Origin: a virus
Taxonomy: Duplodnaviria > Caudoviricetes
DNA length: 64,000 nucleotides
Virus record (IMG/VR): IMGVR_UViG_3300012979_000031
Location: 30,807-94,806 of that record
Reading direction: 5' to 3' (one strand)
Below the pieces are notes generated by a model that ran no database searches, had not been told where the DNA came from, and saw nothing but the letters and a program-made list of their open reading frames with translations. Positions 47,601 to 57,700 of this stretch are shown in pieces; the stretch's first letter is position 1; every line of letters starts with the position of its first letter. The position numbers and the translations under genes were made by a program.

Positions 47601-49914
47601 CCTAGGACAGATTTATGATTATGACTATATAAATACTACTAATTACTTTACAAAGGATACAGAGGTTATTATTCCATATTCTAGTGAAGTAAAGGAGCCT
47701 AGTTATTTATCTACATACTTCGCTAACTTGATTATAGAAACGGCAGCTAGTCTAGGAATTCACTGGGTAACTATGAATCTTTCTGTTGATACTACTAATC
47801 TTAAGGTAGTTGATGGAAAGCATGTATTCGTAAAAGATAAACAGTATAAAGCAGTTCCGGAAGGTAGTTCAAATCCAGGGAGAGATACAGATGAATGGAC
47901 TTATGTAGATAGAGGTATTATGTTAACCTTAGATAGTGATATAGATAAAAGTTCAGATTCAGACTTAGATGTAACTTCTCTAGGTAAAATGAAGTTCTAT
48001 ATTACTCCTACTATGGTTTGGACTGGTTACCCTGTTCATTACTCTGAAGATACTGAGGTTAAAACATTACGAAGACACTGGGATGTAGGGACTTTAAATA
48101 CAAATAACCTCCTAGACTTAGTAAATGAGCCTGATATTAATACTTCTCCAAGAGACCATGACTTTGATTTCTACGTTAATAGCTGGAGAGGTCGTTTTTC
48201 TACTGGGTCATGGTTAGAATATGTGAGTGGAGGAAATACGATTGCTGAATATTTCTATACTAAGCGAGTAGATTCTAATGGTAATGTAGTAAATAATCAA
48301 GAAGACTGTGAGAAGTTTTTGAAATTTATCAGGAACTTACTAACGGCTACTATTACAGTCAACCTAGTATACATGAAAGACGTTGTTTATGTTACTGGTA
48401 TTAGTGATGGAGTTAGTTTTGGTGGAGATTCTGTTTATCCTACTCTTAATTATAACTTTTCAACAGAGAGTACTATAAATTTAAGAAGAAGTAATGGATG
48501 TACGGCAAAAGTTCTCAGCCTGGATTCAATAAACTGGCCAACTAATGAAATAAAGAAAGCCGTTGAAATTACTTGCCTAGATCGTTCATGTGCTATTACT
48601 TATTCTCCAGAGGTTGCTAAGAATATTGCCAATAACTCTACATGGACAGCTGATTTTAGTATGAAGGAGAAGTCGACTGGAAATAATAAGGACTTCAGTA
48701 TTTCAGGAATTCAGCTTGGTCATGATTCTGGAATATTGTTGAATAATACTAATCTTTATGTTGGTTCAAGTGGTTCTAGGGTTGTACAAAATATTAATTC
48801 AGGAACTTTAACATATACAGTAGGATGTAAGGCAGTATCTATTTCAAAGGAGGATGGTAGCTTAACAACAATCCTTGGAGGTTTAGATATAGAGTCTACA
48901 TTATCTAACTATACTATTTCCGGAGATAATATTATATTCAGCTTTGATAAGAATCTAGAGGGAGATAATAAACAATACACTTATACAATAACTCATAAGA
49001 ATAGTGATGGTATAGTTGATTCATTTACTCTAACTATAAATCAAGGAGGAATTACACCTATCCTAGAATGGAGTGAAGAGTCGGGAAATACAGAACCATA
49101 CACATTACCTTTCTTATCTGATGGAACATGTTGTATTGGAGAAAGTTCTACTCTTGTTCTTAATACTAATGTTGAGACTCTTTATGTAACCAGATCTCCA
49201 GCATTCGGCTCCAGCTATTTAGAGGAATCTTACACAGAAGACTTATATGGGGTAGAAGATGGAGTTTTTGGCAATGGAGATGTTAAATATAAGTTCACTA
49301 TTCCGATTCAGCTAGACTACAACAATACTAATAAAGAGAGGTCGGGAATACTGGAGATATCAACATCAGGTAATAATGATTCTAATGCAGTTACTAAGAC
49401 CTTTAATTGTGTTCAGGGTTATTATACATTGAAAGTTAGTCCGGGGGCAAATCAACCAGCTTATACAAAAACTAATGCTATAGAAGTTAACTCCGACTAT
49501 CAGACTTATCCAGTTTCATTATATATTAGTGCAGAAAAGAAGGAATATGTACTTAATTCTGGTTCTTGGGTATTGACTACATTATCAGTTCCATTACCAG
49601 AGACTATTACATATTTTCCTAATGTTAAGTTCTATCCATGTAATGAAGAGGGTAATAAGGATGATGGTCTGGGTAGTATTCCATTAGTTTCTCCAAGAGT
49701 TGAGATTAATAATACGGCTTCATCCAGTCCTACTCTAACCTTTAAATGGGATAGTAGTAGTTCTTCAGAATTTTATTTTAAGACGGATGGATTTAAGATT
49801 ACGCTTCTTGAGTCTAGTGGTTCGTTTTATAATAAAGATTGTAATTATATGTTTTATGGAAATATTCTAGAGTTATCACTGGATGAATATTACTATCACT
49901 ATATTACAGATTGA
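44623..49914 (+). CDS. Large beta-rich virion protein with tandem Ig/BACON-like domains
   Basis: 1763 aa; segments such as NNTNKERSGILEIS..TFNCVQ and KNLEGDNKQYTYTIT..LTINQ. Confidence 0.6.
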   Translation: MIAIFSDKFKKDLTIQSEIYIAGWSESYVEVPNSELSRLCIEGEKKQLSTLKRNTLRTIWDNESKVLELKIDGFDVNYSDSDDYDVLMSKNYVPLIYFYYGFEDTVDLAFILKPDRDELSIEGNNIIDLQFNSTVKAEFVNIRKNINNDFDFLEGVVSEAKTCAKNILVVDPSEEVLVTKDSYYRLLRKKAAEVGCKEGRCIDETGKYQDSYYTYRIYKEDTLTPILFDTTGAELITKYSLSKDGGYVQIRGTVEYEEYKVGKDGEIVKIDEGITEVSGIDGVSIILESKSSMFDCTIDEAWNRVVYGKLLEEDEASWGIFHLELNYLDHDLKPQTLVSKSFKLVQGLLETYVRITEASTDFTELGDYLFLFDASGKTIHNFKLKISSLEVIGVENIKISAPTESDTDYMFSKFSVSIENFNLSDEGSVVVDFKLTTKETNKLTTPLPAKDGKFSLIPIMINLVGTEYKASTINFYLVQKPATVTLAAFNPSTGLSIDTVTLDYDQSSIPVILGVEDDTEGDYWKLTGPVNSRINVTPEVGEITGIYTTERGYSGFVLSNKDTANSLSIYVSGQSDTRLDEDLGTLTFTRYLENPNEKDLSSWRMNLSVATVTINVVKKGAPPFVNIIDDNVYVKKIEPIDVNLESNIDVYCKFTPNFTKSRSNDYNKDRFEFLEKYPEYIMTVYVEGQENEETRVGKNLYLIKNTTAAKESVRIVLEVRHFPAAGGYDRSTYWESSDPSITRENAFGLLTFYLDEECTKPVDSLNIGVHEDPSYYSTGYGKDEWEYSETSLVSYEGTYMKPEDLDWKDRFFFIPPDSPVSVCVKNNYTIYYDKFDSSGHIGGILEEGGYQAGIRISQTCDLDLCSDVELIGEDMEYKGKLYDSYMSIPTYDKGNLVGNVFKCTSSAYRYNSEDDVTSSHKQQPTTLAFHNLSEPLREYYKGVVSSGGIIDTSIDRLRLYFFRCPKPFYVKGVSLSNYRDPSLIPGDTVEKRYLGQIYDYDYINTTNYFTKDTEVIIPYSSEVKEPSYLSTYFANLIIETAASLGIHWVTMNLSVDTTNLKVVDGKHVFVKDKQYKAVPEGSSNPGRDTDEWTYVDRGIMLTLDSDIDKSSDSDLDVTSLGKMKFYITPTMVWTGYPVHYSEDTEVKTLRRHWDVGTLNTNNLLDLVNEPDINTSPRDHDFDFYVNSWRGRFSTGSWLEYVSGGNTIAEYFYTKRVDSNGNVVNNQEDCEKFLKFIRNLLTATITVNLVYMKDVVYVTGISDGVSFGGDSVYPTLNYNFSTESTINLRRSNGCTAKVLSLDSINWPTNEIKKAVEITCLDRSCAITYSPEVAKNIANNSTWTADFSMKEKSTGNNKDFSISGIQLGHDSGILLNNTNLYVGSSGSRVVQNINSGTLTYTVGCKAVSISKEDGSLTTILGGLDIESTLSNYTISGDNIIFSFDKNLEGDNKQYTYTITHKNSDGIVDSFTLTINQGGITPILEWSEESGNTEPYTLPFLSDGTCCIGESSTLVLNTNVETLYVTRSPAFGSSYLEESYTEDLYGVEDGVFGNGDVKYKFTIPIQLDYNNTNKERSGILEISTSGNNDSNAVTKTFNCVQGYYTLKVSPGANQPAYTKTNAIEVNSDYQTYPVSLYISAEKKEYVLNSGSWVLTTLSVPLPETITYFPNVKFYPCNEEGNKDDGLGSIPLVSPRVEINNTASSSPTLTFKWDSSSSSEFYFKTDGFKITLLESSGSFYNKDCNYMFYGNILELSLDEYYYHYITD

Positions 49915-49944
49915 TAATTAAACACTTTAAAAATAATATTTATT

Positions 49945-50478
49945 ATGGCAGATTTGAATTCAGTTATTGTTGATGAGGTAAACGTAGAGAAGGTTGTATA
50001 TCCAGATGTTCATTGGACCGTTGGATCAGACCTAGTTTCAAGTCCTCTCTATCAAGTTTATCAGATTTTAACTAATTGGGCTGGTAAAGATGATGAGAGT
50101 TTGTATAACCGTTTTGATGTAAGAGATAATAACGGTAACTTACTTAACTCTACTGTAACATTCGTAGCACCAACACCAGCAGACCCTGAACACCCAACAG
50201 AAGCGGAGCAGGCAGTTATCGATAAGGTTAATTCTTATGGAAACGTAGGTGACAATAAGTTTGGTTACGCTAATGGAAAAGTAACTATCTCAATCACACC
50301 TAATGTTACTATGAAGACTAATAATCCTTTTGCTATTGTTAACATCGATGGTAAGGAGTATGATCTAGCTCGTTTGAATAGTAATATCACATTCGACATG
50401 AGCTGTAAGGACCACTACGTAGACATTCATTGGGATGGTTCTACTGTTGAGACTATAAGAATTGTTGCAAATCGCTAA
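49945..50478 (+). CDS. Hypothetical protein, possibly abundant virion component
   Basis: 177 aa; uses AAC/ATC/TTC/CGT codons like the sheath gene; followed by a terminator. Confidence 0.65.
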   Translation: MADLNSVIVDEVNVEKVVYPDVHWTVGSDLVSSPLYQVYQILTNWAGKDDESLYNRFDVRDNNGNLLNSTVTFVAPTPADPEHPTEAEQAVIDKVNSYGNVGDNKFGYANGKVTISITPNVTMKTNNPFAIVNIDGKEYDLARLNSNITFDMSCKDHYVDIHWDGSTVETIRIVANR

Positions 50479-50495
50479 TTCTAATTGAAAAACAT

Positions 50496-50549
50496 AGACC
50501 TAAGACAATGATGAGTAATATCATTATTTGTCCTGGGTCTTTTTTATTT
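50496..50549 (+). terminator. Terminator
   Basis: AGACCTAAGACA...TGTCCTGGGTCT plus T run. Confidence 0.65.
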
Positions 50550-50560
50550 ATAAATTTAAT

Positions 50561-53500
50561 ATGAGCAGTAATTCAATTGTTAAAATATCACGTGACTCAG
50601 TTATTGAAAGTTCTTATAATGTAGCCATAATAAAACTAAATAATTTTTCTCACGTTCCCGGTCAACCTGTTCTAGTTAGATATTATGATTCTATCGGAAG
50701 AGTTAATTCTATACTAGCTATTGGAATTTCAGATGGACCAGGGAAAGAAAACTATACTATTATTTCTAATGGCGATATTGAACCTGTAACTGGAGTATTT
50801 TCAACAAGATTTCCAGATGCTTCAAGTCTAGTTAATGATGAGGTATATGTTTGTTATGATTCCTCAGATAAACCTGCCTACTGTTATCTAGAGAATAATA
50901 CAAAAACATTTAGTCCGATAGTAGCTGATAAAACTTTCTATTCAGCTCTTGATGGATTTCTATGGTTTGTAACTGGAGGAAAAATTAGAAGATCAGACTC
51001 CCCATTTGATTATGATACTCTCCTAGGTTTAGTTCAGAGTATGATAGATAATGGAGGAATAACTATAAACCAAAACCGAACTGTATATACTTGGGCTGAA
51101 AATCCTGATGGCGTAGTTAATGAGGAATATGCTAGAGTTTTTGATATTCCTTCCGGCCAATCAGTTATTATGTCTGTTACAACTCAGGTAGGTAATAATA
51201 TTTCGGTAGATATTATAACTTATGGAAAGAGTGTTGGTTCAGAGGGTTATAATCTTACTACTAGGACCAATGCATTCTTAGCAGCCAAACTTGAAAGTAA
51301 TAATCTACCTAGAGGAATAGTTCACCCTACTGCAAATCCAAGTAATGCTGTTTATAAGTTTACAGTAATTAGTTCTACTTGTAGTGAAGATCAAATTCAA
51401 TGGTTCTCTGCTGTAGGTTGGAATGGACCAGTTTCGGAATTAACACAGATCGGAGGAAATCAAGGAAGTAGTATTAATAATCTAGTTTCTGGAGATTCAA
51501 GTATTTCTATTACAACCGAGAATGATCAAGTAAGTCTAGAGGTAAGTGATAGTGCGGCTTCTAGAGAATTTATGTGGTTAAAGGAAGCTGGTTTATCTAC
51601 TTTCAGCAATCAATATTCTTGGGTTAGAGTTATTGATGTTCTAGAGAAAGATAATTCTAGCCTGGGGGGAATAGAGTTTAAGTGTAAGGAACTTGGTGTA
51701 GGTGGATTCTTTAGGATCGACTTCAACCTTAATAAACTATACACAAACGGTAGTCATGAATTTGTAAAAGCTGTACAAGATAATTTCGAGTTTGCAGTAG
51801 AAGTTTTAAGTACAGGTTATTATTTTTATGCTAGACCGATTTATTCGAAGGGTTTAAAGAGTTTCGAGGTTAAAGTTATATCAAGTAAACTAAACTGGAT
51901 CTACTCTTCTGAAAATTATAGTGGATCAGGTAGAAGTCCGTATAAAACTAAAAACTCTGCTATTGATATTGCTACTATAGTTACCGGAACAACTACTACA
52001 TTAACTGAAGGTAGTGATAAATTAATTACATCAGGGGCAGTTTATAGTAAGACTAGTGAAATAGAATCAGTAACAGAAAACTTAGTAGATAGAGTAGATG
52101 AACTGGAGGACTCTTATGTAAGTTCTGCTACGTTAAATAATGAAACTATAAATCCTGTTAGCGGAAACTTAGATCTAGGAACATTATACGGACCTGAAAA
52201 TACAACGGTTCTTAATGTAGATACTGAGATTAATGGAGTTCTAGCTAAGAGAGGATCCTTGGTAAAGCTTGGAAGTGATGGTAGTTATGAATCTATTATT
52301 ACTCTTAGCTCTACTTCAATATTTTATAAACTTATTGCAGATTCTCTAGTTTGGTGGGAATTAGGTAAAGTTAATGGATTAGGAGCTATCAGAGTATCAA
52401 TTTCAGGACCTAAGCTTAAAAAGATAGTTGGAGATATTTGGTGGACTAGACATGAAAAGCCTGTAACTAATAATGAATCTTTGTCTGGTTATATAAAGGT
52501 TGGAGCAAATAATAAACTTTATGTTAGAGGTTCAGTCACTCATCCATTTACTATTGAGATTGAAGATTATCAGGGAGAGTTTGTTTATTCAGGTACAGTA
52601 GTTAGCTCTAGTTCTGCAGTTTATAATACGATCGGAGTAGTTAGAGTAGATTCTCAACTAAACTATCTTAATATTAATTCTGACAATAGAGAAGTAGTAA
52701 CAGACGCTTCTTATGATTACTATGTTGTTTCTGATGTAACCGATCCAGTTATTGATATTGAAAAGTCAGAGAGTACTTGTAATTGCTTTTCTTTCAATGT
52801 TGTCTTTAAGGATTCTAAGAGTACTTCACTAACAGTTTATCTAATATTATCTGGAAGTACTGTACAAACCTTAAGCCTTGACAGAATATCGGTATCTCCT
52901 GGTGTAATATATACAGTAACTTATAAACAGGATGAATTTATCTACTCTACAAAGACAGATAATACACTTCCATTAACAGTTTCAGATCTTGGAGTTACAG
53001 TAGAAGCTATAGAAAATAAGGTTACATTAATTACTTCAGATAGTACAGATAATCAATACCCTACTGCGAAAGCTACATGGAATTTATTTAAAGGTAAGGT
53101 TAATCTAGACTTTACTAAAACTTCTGAATATGATAATACAAATAAATATCCATATCAGGCGGCTTTTAAGGTTACAACTCCAGCTATCCTCGATGTACAT
53201 TGGACTAAACCTACAGGAACTTACTCAGATACTATATATGTAAATGGAAAGCCTGGATTATCAAGTACTTACAACATTAGATGCCATAATCAGCTTGGTG
53301 TATTTTCTTTACGATACTATAATGGTGATTTTTATGTTTGTATACCTGCTAAGTCTTCTGTAAATTCTGAGGCTGTAACTTATAATTTTGTACCAACTAC
53401 TATAGGATCTGCGACTGTTGTTAGTACTAAGCTATTCTTTAATTCATCAGTTCCATCAATTTTCGTAGGACAGACATTAAGTAATCCAGGGAATAGTATA

Positions 53501-54727
53501 TATAACCTAGATACTAATACTTCTGTTACTGATTTTGATTTCTTAAACTATGATACAATATTAGCTACAGTAGGTTCGGGAAATAGTATATCAATAAAGG
53601 GACCAAGTTTACCTGAAGGAGATAAGATTTATACATTTATTAATAACACTGGAAGAGACCTGACTAACTTGTATTTTGAAGGAAGAAATAGTTCTAATAT
53701 TATTTCTAAGATTAATATACCGAATGTTCAGGAAGGTGCTATTGTTACTTTGGCTTATGTTGCAGAAACTAACACATTCGATTATAATATTTCACTACAG
53801 GAGATTATTAGCCCTCAACATACTATAGATATTACAAAGGGTGTTAATCAATGGAAAATAGATGTAGATCCTGAAATTATAAACAAGATAAATACACCAG
53901 TTAGTATAGAAACAGACATAGATAGTGGTACTAGAATTGCAACAATTAATGGAACGGAAATTTTAATACCGTCTACAATGGAGGATGAGACACTTAGCAT
54001 TACTCCAACAGTTACAGTAGGTGGTATTAATGCAGGAGTTAATCTAGCAAATAAAACAGCACTAGAGATACTTACACAAATGCTTACTCCATACGTTGCA
54101 CCTAAGATTGCTTCAATGTCAGTTTCAGTTCCAGTAATGTTATATGGAAAGACTTACTCAGATATAATTATTAGTGCAGTAGGTAAAGCTGGAAGTAGAC
54201 CTGTAAGAAGTATGACTATTGATGGAAATACATATTCAGATGTAGTGTCATTAAATAAGAGTAAAAGAATAGATACTTTAACACCTAGGGATTCTTCTAT
54301 TAACACTATTACTTATCAATCTTCTATTAGTGATGTGGATAATGTTGTAGGAACTGGATCAGCTAGCATACAACTTGTCGGTGGAGTGTTTATATTCTTC
54401 AGTACGAGTGAGGAACTTCCAACTACTAATCTTGACTTTATTACCTACGGATGTCAAAGTGAGAGAACAGAGATAAAAGGAATCTATGAAAATATCTATC
54501 ACGAAGACGATGCTTACCTTTATATAGTAGCTCCAAATACTAGTAAGATGGAAATTAAGTCTATAAAATCAGGCGGTTATGTTGTTCCTATAGATTTCAT
54601 TGGTACTAGAACATTAAAACAAGGAACTGGAGATATCTTTGTTAGTCTAGAAATGAGAGTTTACAGAAGTGATAAGAAACATAACGCTGGATACTTTAGT
54701 TGTGAAATAAATAATCCAACTATTTAA
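50561..54727 (+). CDS. Large tail fibre / receptor-binding-like protein
   Basis: Ser/Thr/Val-rich; fibre-type motifs LITSGAVY and STDNQYPTAKA; ATG at 50561 lies after the terminator. Confidence 0.6.
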   Translation: MSSNSIVKISRDSVIESSYNVAIIKLNNFSHVPGQPVLVRYYDSIGRVNSILAIGISDGPGKENYTIISNGDIEPVTGVFSTRFPDASSLVNDEVYVCYDSSDKPAYCYLENNTKTFSPIVADKTFYSALDGFLWFVTGGKIRRSDSPFDYDTLLGLVQSMIDNGGITINQNRTVYTWAENPDGVVNEEYARVFDIPSGQSVIMSVTTQVGNNISVDIITYGKSVGSEGYNLTTRTNAFLAAKLESNNLPRGIVHPTANPSNAVYKFTVISSTCSEDQIQWFSAVGWNGPVSELTQIGGNQGSSINNLVSGDSSISITTENDQVSLEVSDSAASREFMWLKEAGLSTFSNQYSWVRVIDVLEKDNSSLGGIEFKCKELGVGGFFRIDFNLNKLYTNGSHEFVKAVQDNFEFAVEVLSTGYYFYARPIYSKGLKSFEVKVISSKLNWIYSSENYSGSGRSPYKTKNSAIDIATIVTGTTTTLTEGSDKLITSGAVYSKTSEIESVTENLVDRVDELEDSYVSSATLNNETINPVSGNLDLGTLYGPENTTVLNVDTEINGVLAKRGSLVKLGSDGSYESIITLSSTSIFYKLIADSLVWWELGKVNGLGAIRVSISGPKLKKIVGDIWWTRHEKPVTNNESLSGYIKVGANNKLYVRGSVTHPFTIEIEDYQGEFVYSGTVVSSSSAVYNTIGVVRVDSQLNYLNINSDNREVVTDASYDYYVVSDVTDPVIDIEKSESTCNCFSFNVVFKDSKSTSLTVYLILSGSTVQTLSLDRISVSPGVIYTVTYKQDEFIYSTKTDNTLPLTVSDLGVTVEAIENKVTLITSDSTDNQYPTAKATWNLFKGKVNLDFTKTSEYDNTNKYPYQAAFKVTTPAILDVHWTKPTGTYSDTIYVNGKPGLSSTYNIRCHNQLGVFSLRYYNGDFYVCIPAKSSVNSEAVTYNFVPTTIGSATVVSTKLFFNSSVPSIFVGQTLSNPGNSIYNLDTNTSVTDFDFLNYDTILATVGSGNSISIKGPSLPEGDKIYTFINNTGRDLTNLYFEGRNSSNIISKINIPNVQEGAIVTLAYVAETNTFDYNISLQEIISPQHTIDITKGVNQWKIDVDPEIINKINTPVSIETDIDSGTRIATINGTEILIPSTMEDETLSITPTVTVGGINAGVNLANKTALEILTQMLTPYVAPKIASMSVSVPVMLYGKTYSDIIISAVGKAGSRPVRSMTIDGNTYSDVVSLNKSKRIDTLTPRDSSINTITYQSSISDVDNVVGTGSASIQLVGGVFIFFSTSEELPTTNLDFITYGCQSERTEIKGIYENIYHEDDAYLYIVAPNTSKMEIKSIKSGGYVVPIDFIGTRTLKQGTGDIFVSLEMRVYRSDKKHNAGYFSCEINNPTI

Positions 54728-54732
54728 AATTA

Positions 54733-54771
54733 AAAGGGGATGTTTGAGGTTAGATTCTTAGGCATCCCTTT
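54733..54771 (+). terminator. Hairpin between fibre genes
   Basis: AAGGGGATGTTTGAG / CTTAGGCATCCCTTT. Confidence 0.55.
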
Positions 54772-54793
54772 AATTAATATATTGAAACAAATT

Positions 54794-57700
54794 ATGGCAG
54801 ATATTAAAGTATATGGTACCTTGGTTAAAGAAACTGAGGATAATAAAATTGCTTACGCCAATCAAGTCTATCATAAAAGAAGAAAAAAAGATGTTGCTAC
54901 TATTCTCGACGAACTTGAAGATACAGTAGCTCAACTTCCACCTCCTACAGATCAAACTTATAAAGGAAGAATAAACATTACAGATCTACTAGCCTTAACT
55001 GATCAGAATGAAAATGATCTTTATCTTGTTTATGCTAGTGGTAATGATTCAGAGGGATGGAGTGTAGATAATACTTTTACTCTGAACAATGTAGAATATC
55101 CTGATGGTACTTTTATTCAATGGATGGTAGGGGAATGGGTAGCTGTTAATCCGGAAGAAGTTGAAATTGGAGTAACACCTATATTTCAAGAATTACAGCC
55201 GAAAATTGGACTTATATCTACTACCTTCACTGAGTCTTCTTATCCTGAATTATATGGAGCCTGGAGAGATGGTATGAAGATTGCAGAGATATATAATTAC
55301 AAGGTTGGAGATGATGGTAGATTATATATCCCAGATGAAGAAATTCGTACAGGTAGATATGGTGGAAGAACTAATAAGAGGACTATTTCAATTCCTTGGT
55401 GTAGATCTTATGCTTCAGGTGTAACGGGAGTGACTAGAAACTATACTGGAGGATTATTGAAAGACGCAGATTACGAAAGATTGATGGAAAGTGCTAGAGT
55501 TTTTATCCTAGATTCTGATAAAACAACTAGTGTAACTACTATTGATGATAACGGAACTGCACCTTATAATAGCTCTTACGGAACTACTGAGATAAGTGTA
55601 AGTAATAATGATGTAGCTCTTGAGATTAGAGAGGGCTTCTTACTTTCTATTACAAACAAACAACTCTCCGTAGATCAAGACCATAGAAACGTTAGAATAA
55701 AATTTACATCTGCTACTAATACTCTCGAACCTATTCCTCTTTTTGACGTAGATGGAACAATCCTAGACGGTTATAAAGAAATTCAGCCAGGGAAGACAAC
55801 AAATCTCTTTCAGTATCGTATCGGAATGGCAACTGGAAATGGATTTTATAAGATACTGACTGAAGGTAATATAAAAGAGATTCAGGTTAATGGACAGACT
55901 GTAACTAATGAAGATGGAATTATTAACCTGGAAGTAGATTCGACTAGTGCTAGATCTCTTCAAACTCGCGCCGAATTAACTACATCAGCTTGGAATACAG
56001 TACTTAATAACCTTTTCGGAACTACAACACCAACAGATACAGTATGGGAAGAGATTGGTTATTTTACAGTAGATAATTCCGGAGCAGACCTAGTAATAGA
56101 GAAGTCAGCAGTTTTCTCAGTTAGATGTGATTATTTTGAAAACTTCTTTAGTACGGTAGGTTGTCAGATTAGATTAGTAAAGAATAATAGTCAATACGAT
56201 GTTGCCGCTATTAGTTGTATTGTAGATAATCCAGGGCTTCGAGAATACTTTACACTAGCTTATAAGAAGAGTACTGGAAGATGTAGCCTATTAGTTCGTA
56301 GAGATAATGCAGCACAACAAATTTTTCTATACTGTATTTCATCTCTTAATAATTTTCTACAAAGCTCGGACACATCTTGGTACAGTTATTCAAGTATAGT
56401 TTCTTCTTATGGTACAGGTAATTTTGAGGTAGGAAAATATAATGGAAGTATAGTTATTGGAGATACTGAATACATACCTACAAGAGATGGACAGTATATT
56501 ATAGAAGCTTTTCCGGATCATCACTTAAAATCTAATTACTCACAGTTTACGGGGTGGAGTGAAGTTGGTTATGGTAGTTATGAGGATTTCTATAGCTACA
56601 AAAAATCTCTTACTTATTCTATCTCTGAACGTACACAAGCCTCGACTTCTACAGATAAAACAAACACCAGTGGAATACTAACTCTTACATTATTCGGAAC
56701 TAGTAACCACGATAATTATAGATTTGAGACTTTCGATTGTGTTGTAGATAATCAGAAGCTGGTAGATAAGATTAGAATGACTTATGATAAAAATGCTCCA
56801 AGTGATAAGAATATTAAGATCTACGTTAAGTGTGATTTTCCTTATCAAGAGTGGACATTACAAGATTTATCAGGAACTTCTACTTTTAAATGTACTACCA
56901 GAGAGCTCGGAGATAATGACTACCTAGCAAATGTAACTAAACCAACGACCGGACAAATAGCTTCTTCAACATTTTCAGGAGGAGGAACTATTACAGAAGT
57001 ACAGCTAAACGGACAAACTGTAAGTACTACCGGAGTGGCTAATGTACAAGCTCTTCCATTACGTTATTTCTACTCTAGTGGTAACAATGGAACTACGTAT
57101 ACTAATAAATGGAGAGAAATTGCTTATAGTCTAGTTTCTGATAATAATTCTGTTTTATCATTCTCACAGGTATTTTCAGTAAGAGAGAGAATTGGAAGCC
57201 TCAGTAAGTATGGTGGAATAATGGTCGTAACAGCTAGAGTTTCTTACGGTAGTGCCACTCATATTTCCTGTGACGTAGATAATCCAAACCTAACCGGACT
57301 ATTTAAAGCTGTCTATGATAATTCGACTGGCAGACTGAGTATCTTCGGAAAGGCTATAGGAGGTTGGAACTGTTGGGGATTAACTTCTATAAGCGATATT
57401 AATACATTTGCTCAAGGCTTAGATGTACTTGTTGATGAACCTAGTACCCCTGCTTCTGGAATGATAGCTACTTCTAGTTCATATACATCAGGTGGAGAGG
57501 GAACTATTACAGAGGTGCAGCTAAATGGACAAACTGTAAGTACCTCTGGAGTAGCAAATGTAGAAGCTATGCCATTAAAGAAGTTTGTATTATCTGCTGG
57601 AGGTTATTCTGGAAATTGGAAAGAGATAGCTGTTAAAGATGAGATTCACTTACTAAATATTTGTTACCCTAATGCATACACTGAAGTTTTCTCTGTACGT

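Noticed and set aside
54740-54793. ORF-track start at 54740 (likewise 50528, 4671, 2395 and 35967)
   Set aside because: Downstream ATGs fit better: they lie after terminator hairpins, match a paralogue's start, restore the shared N-terminal motif, or replace a non-ATG start
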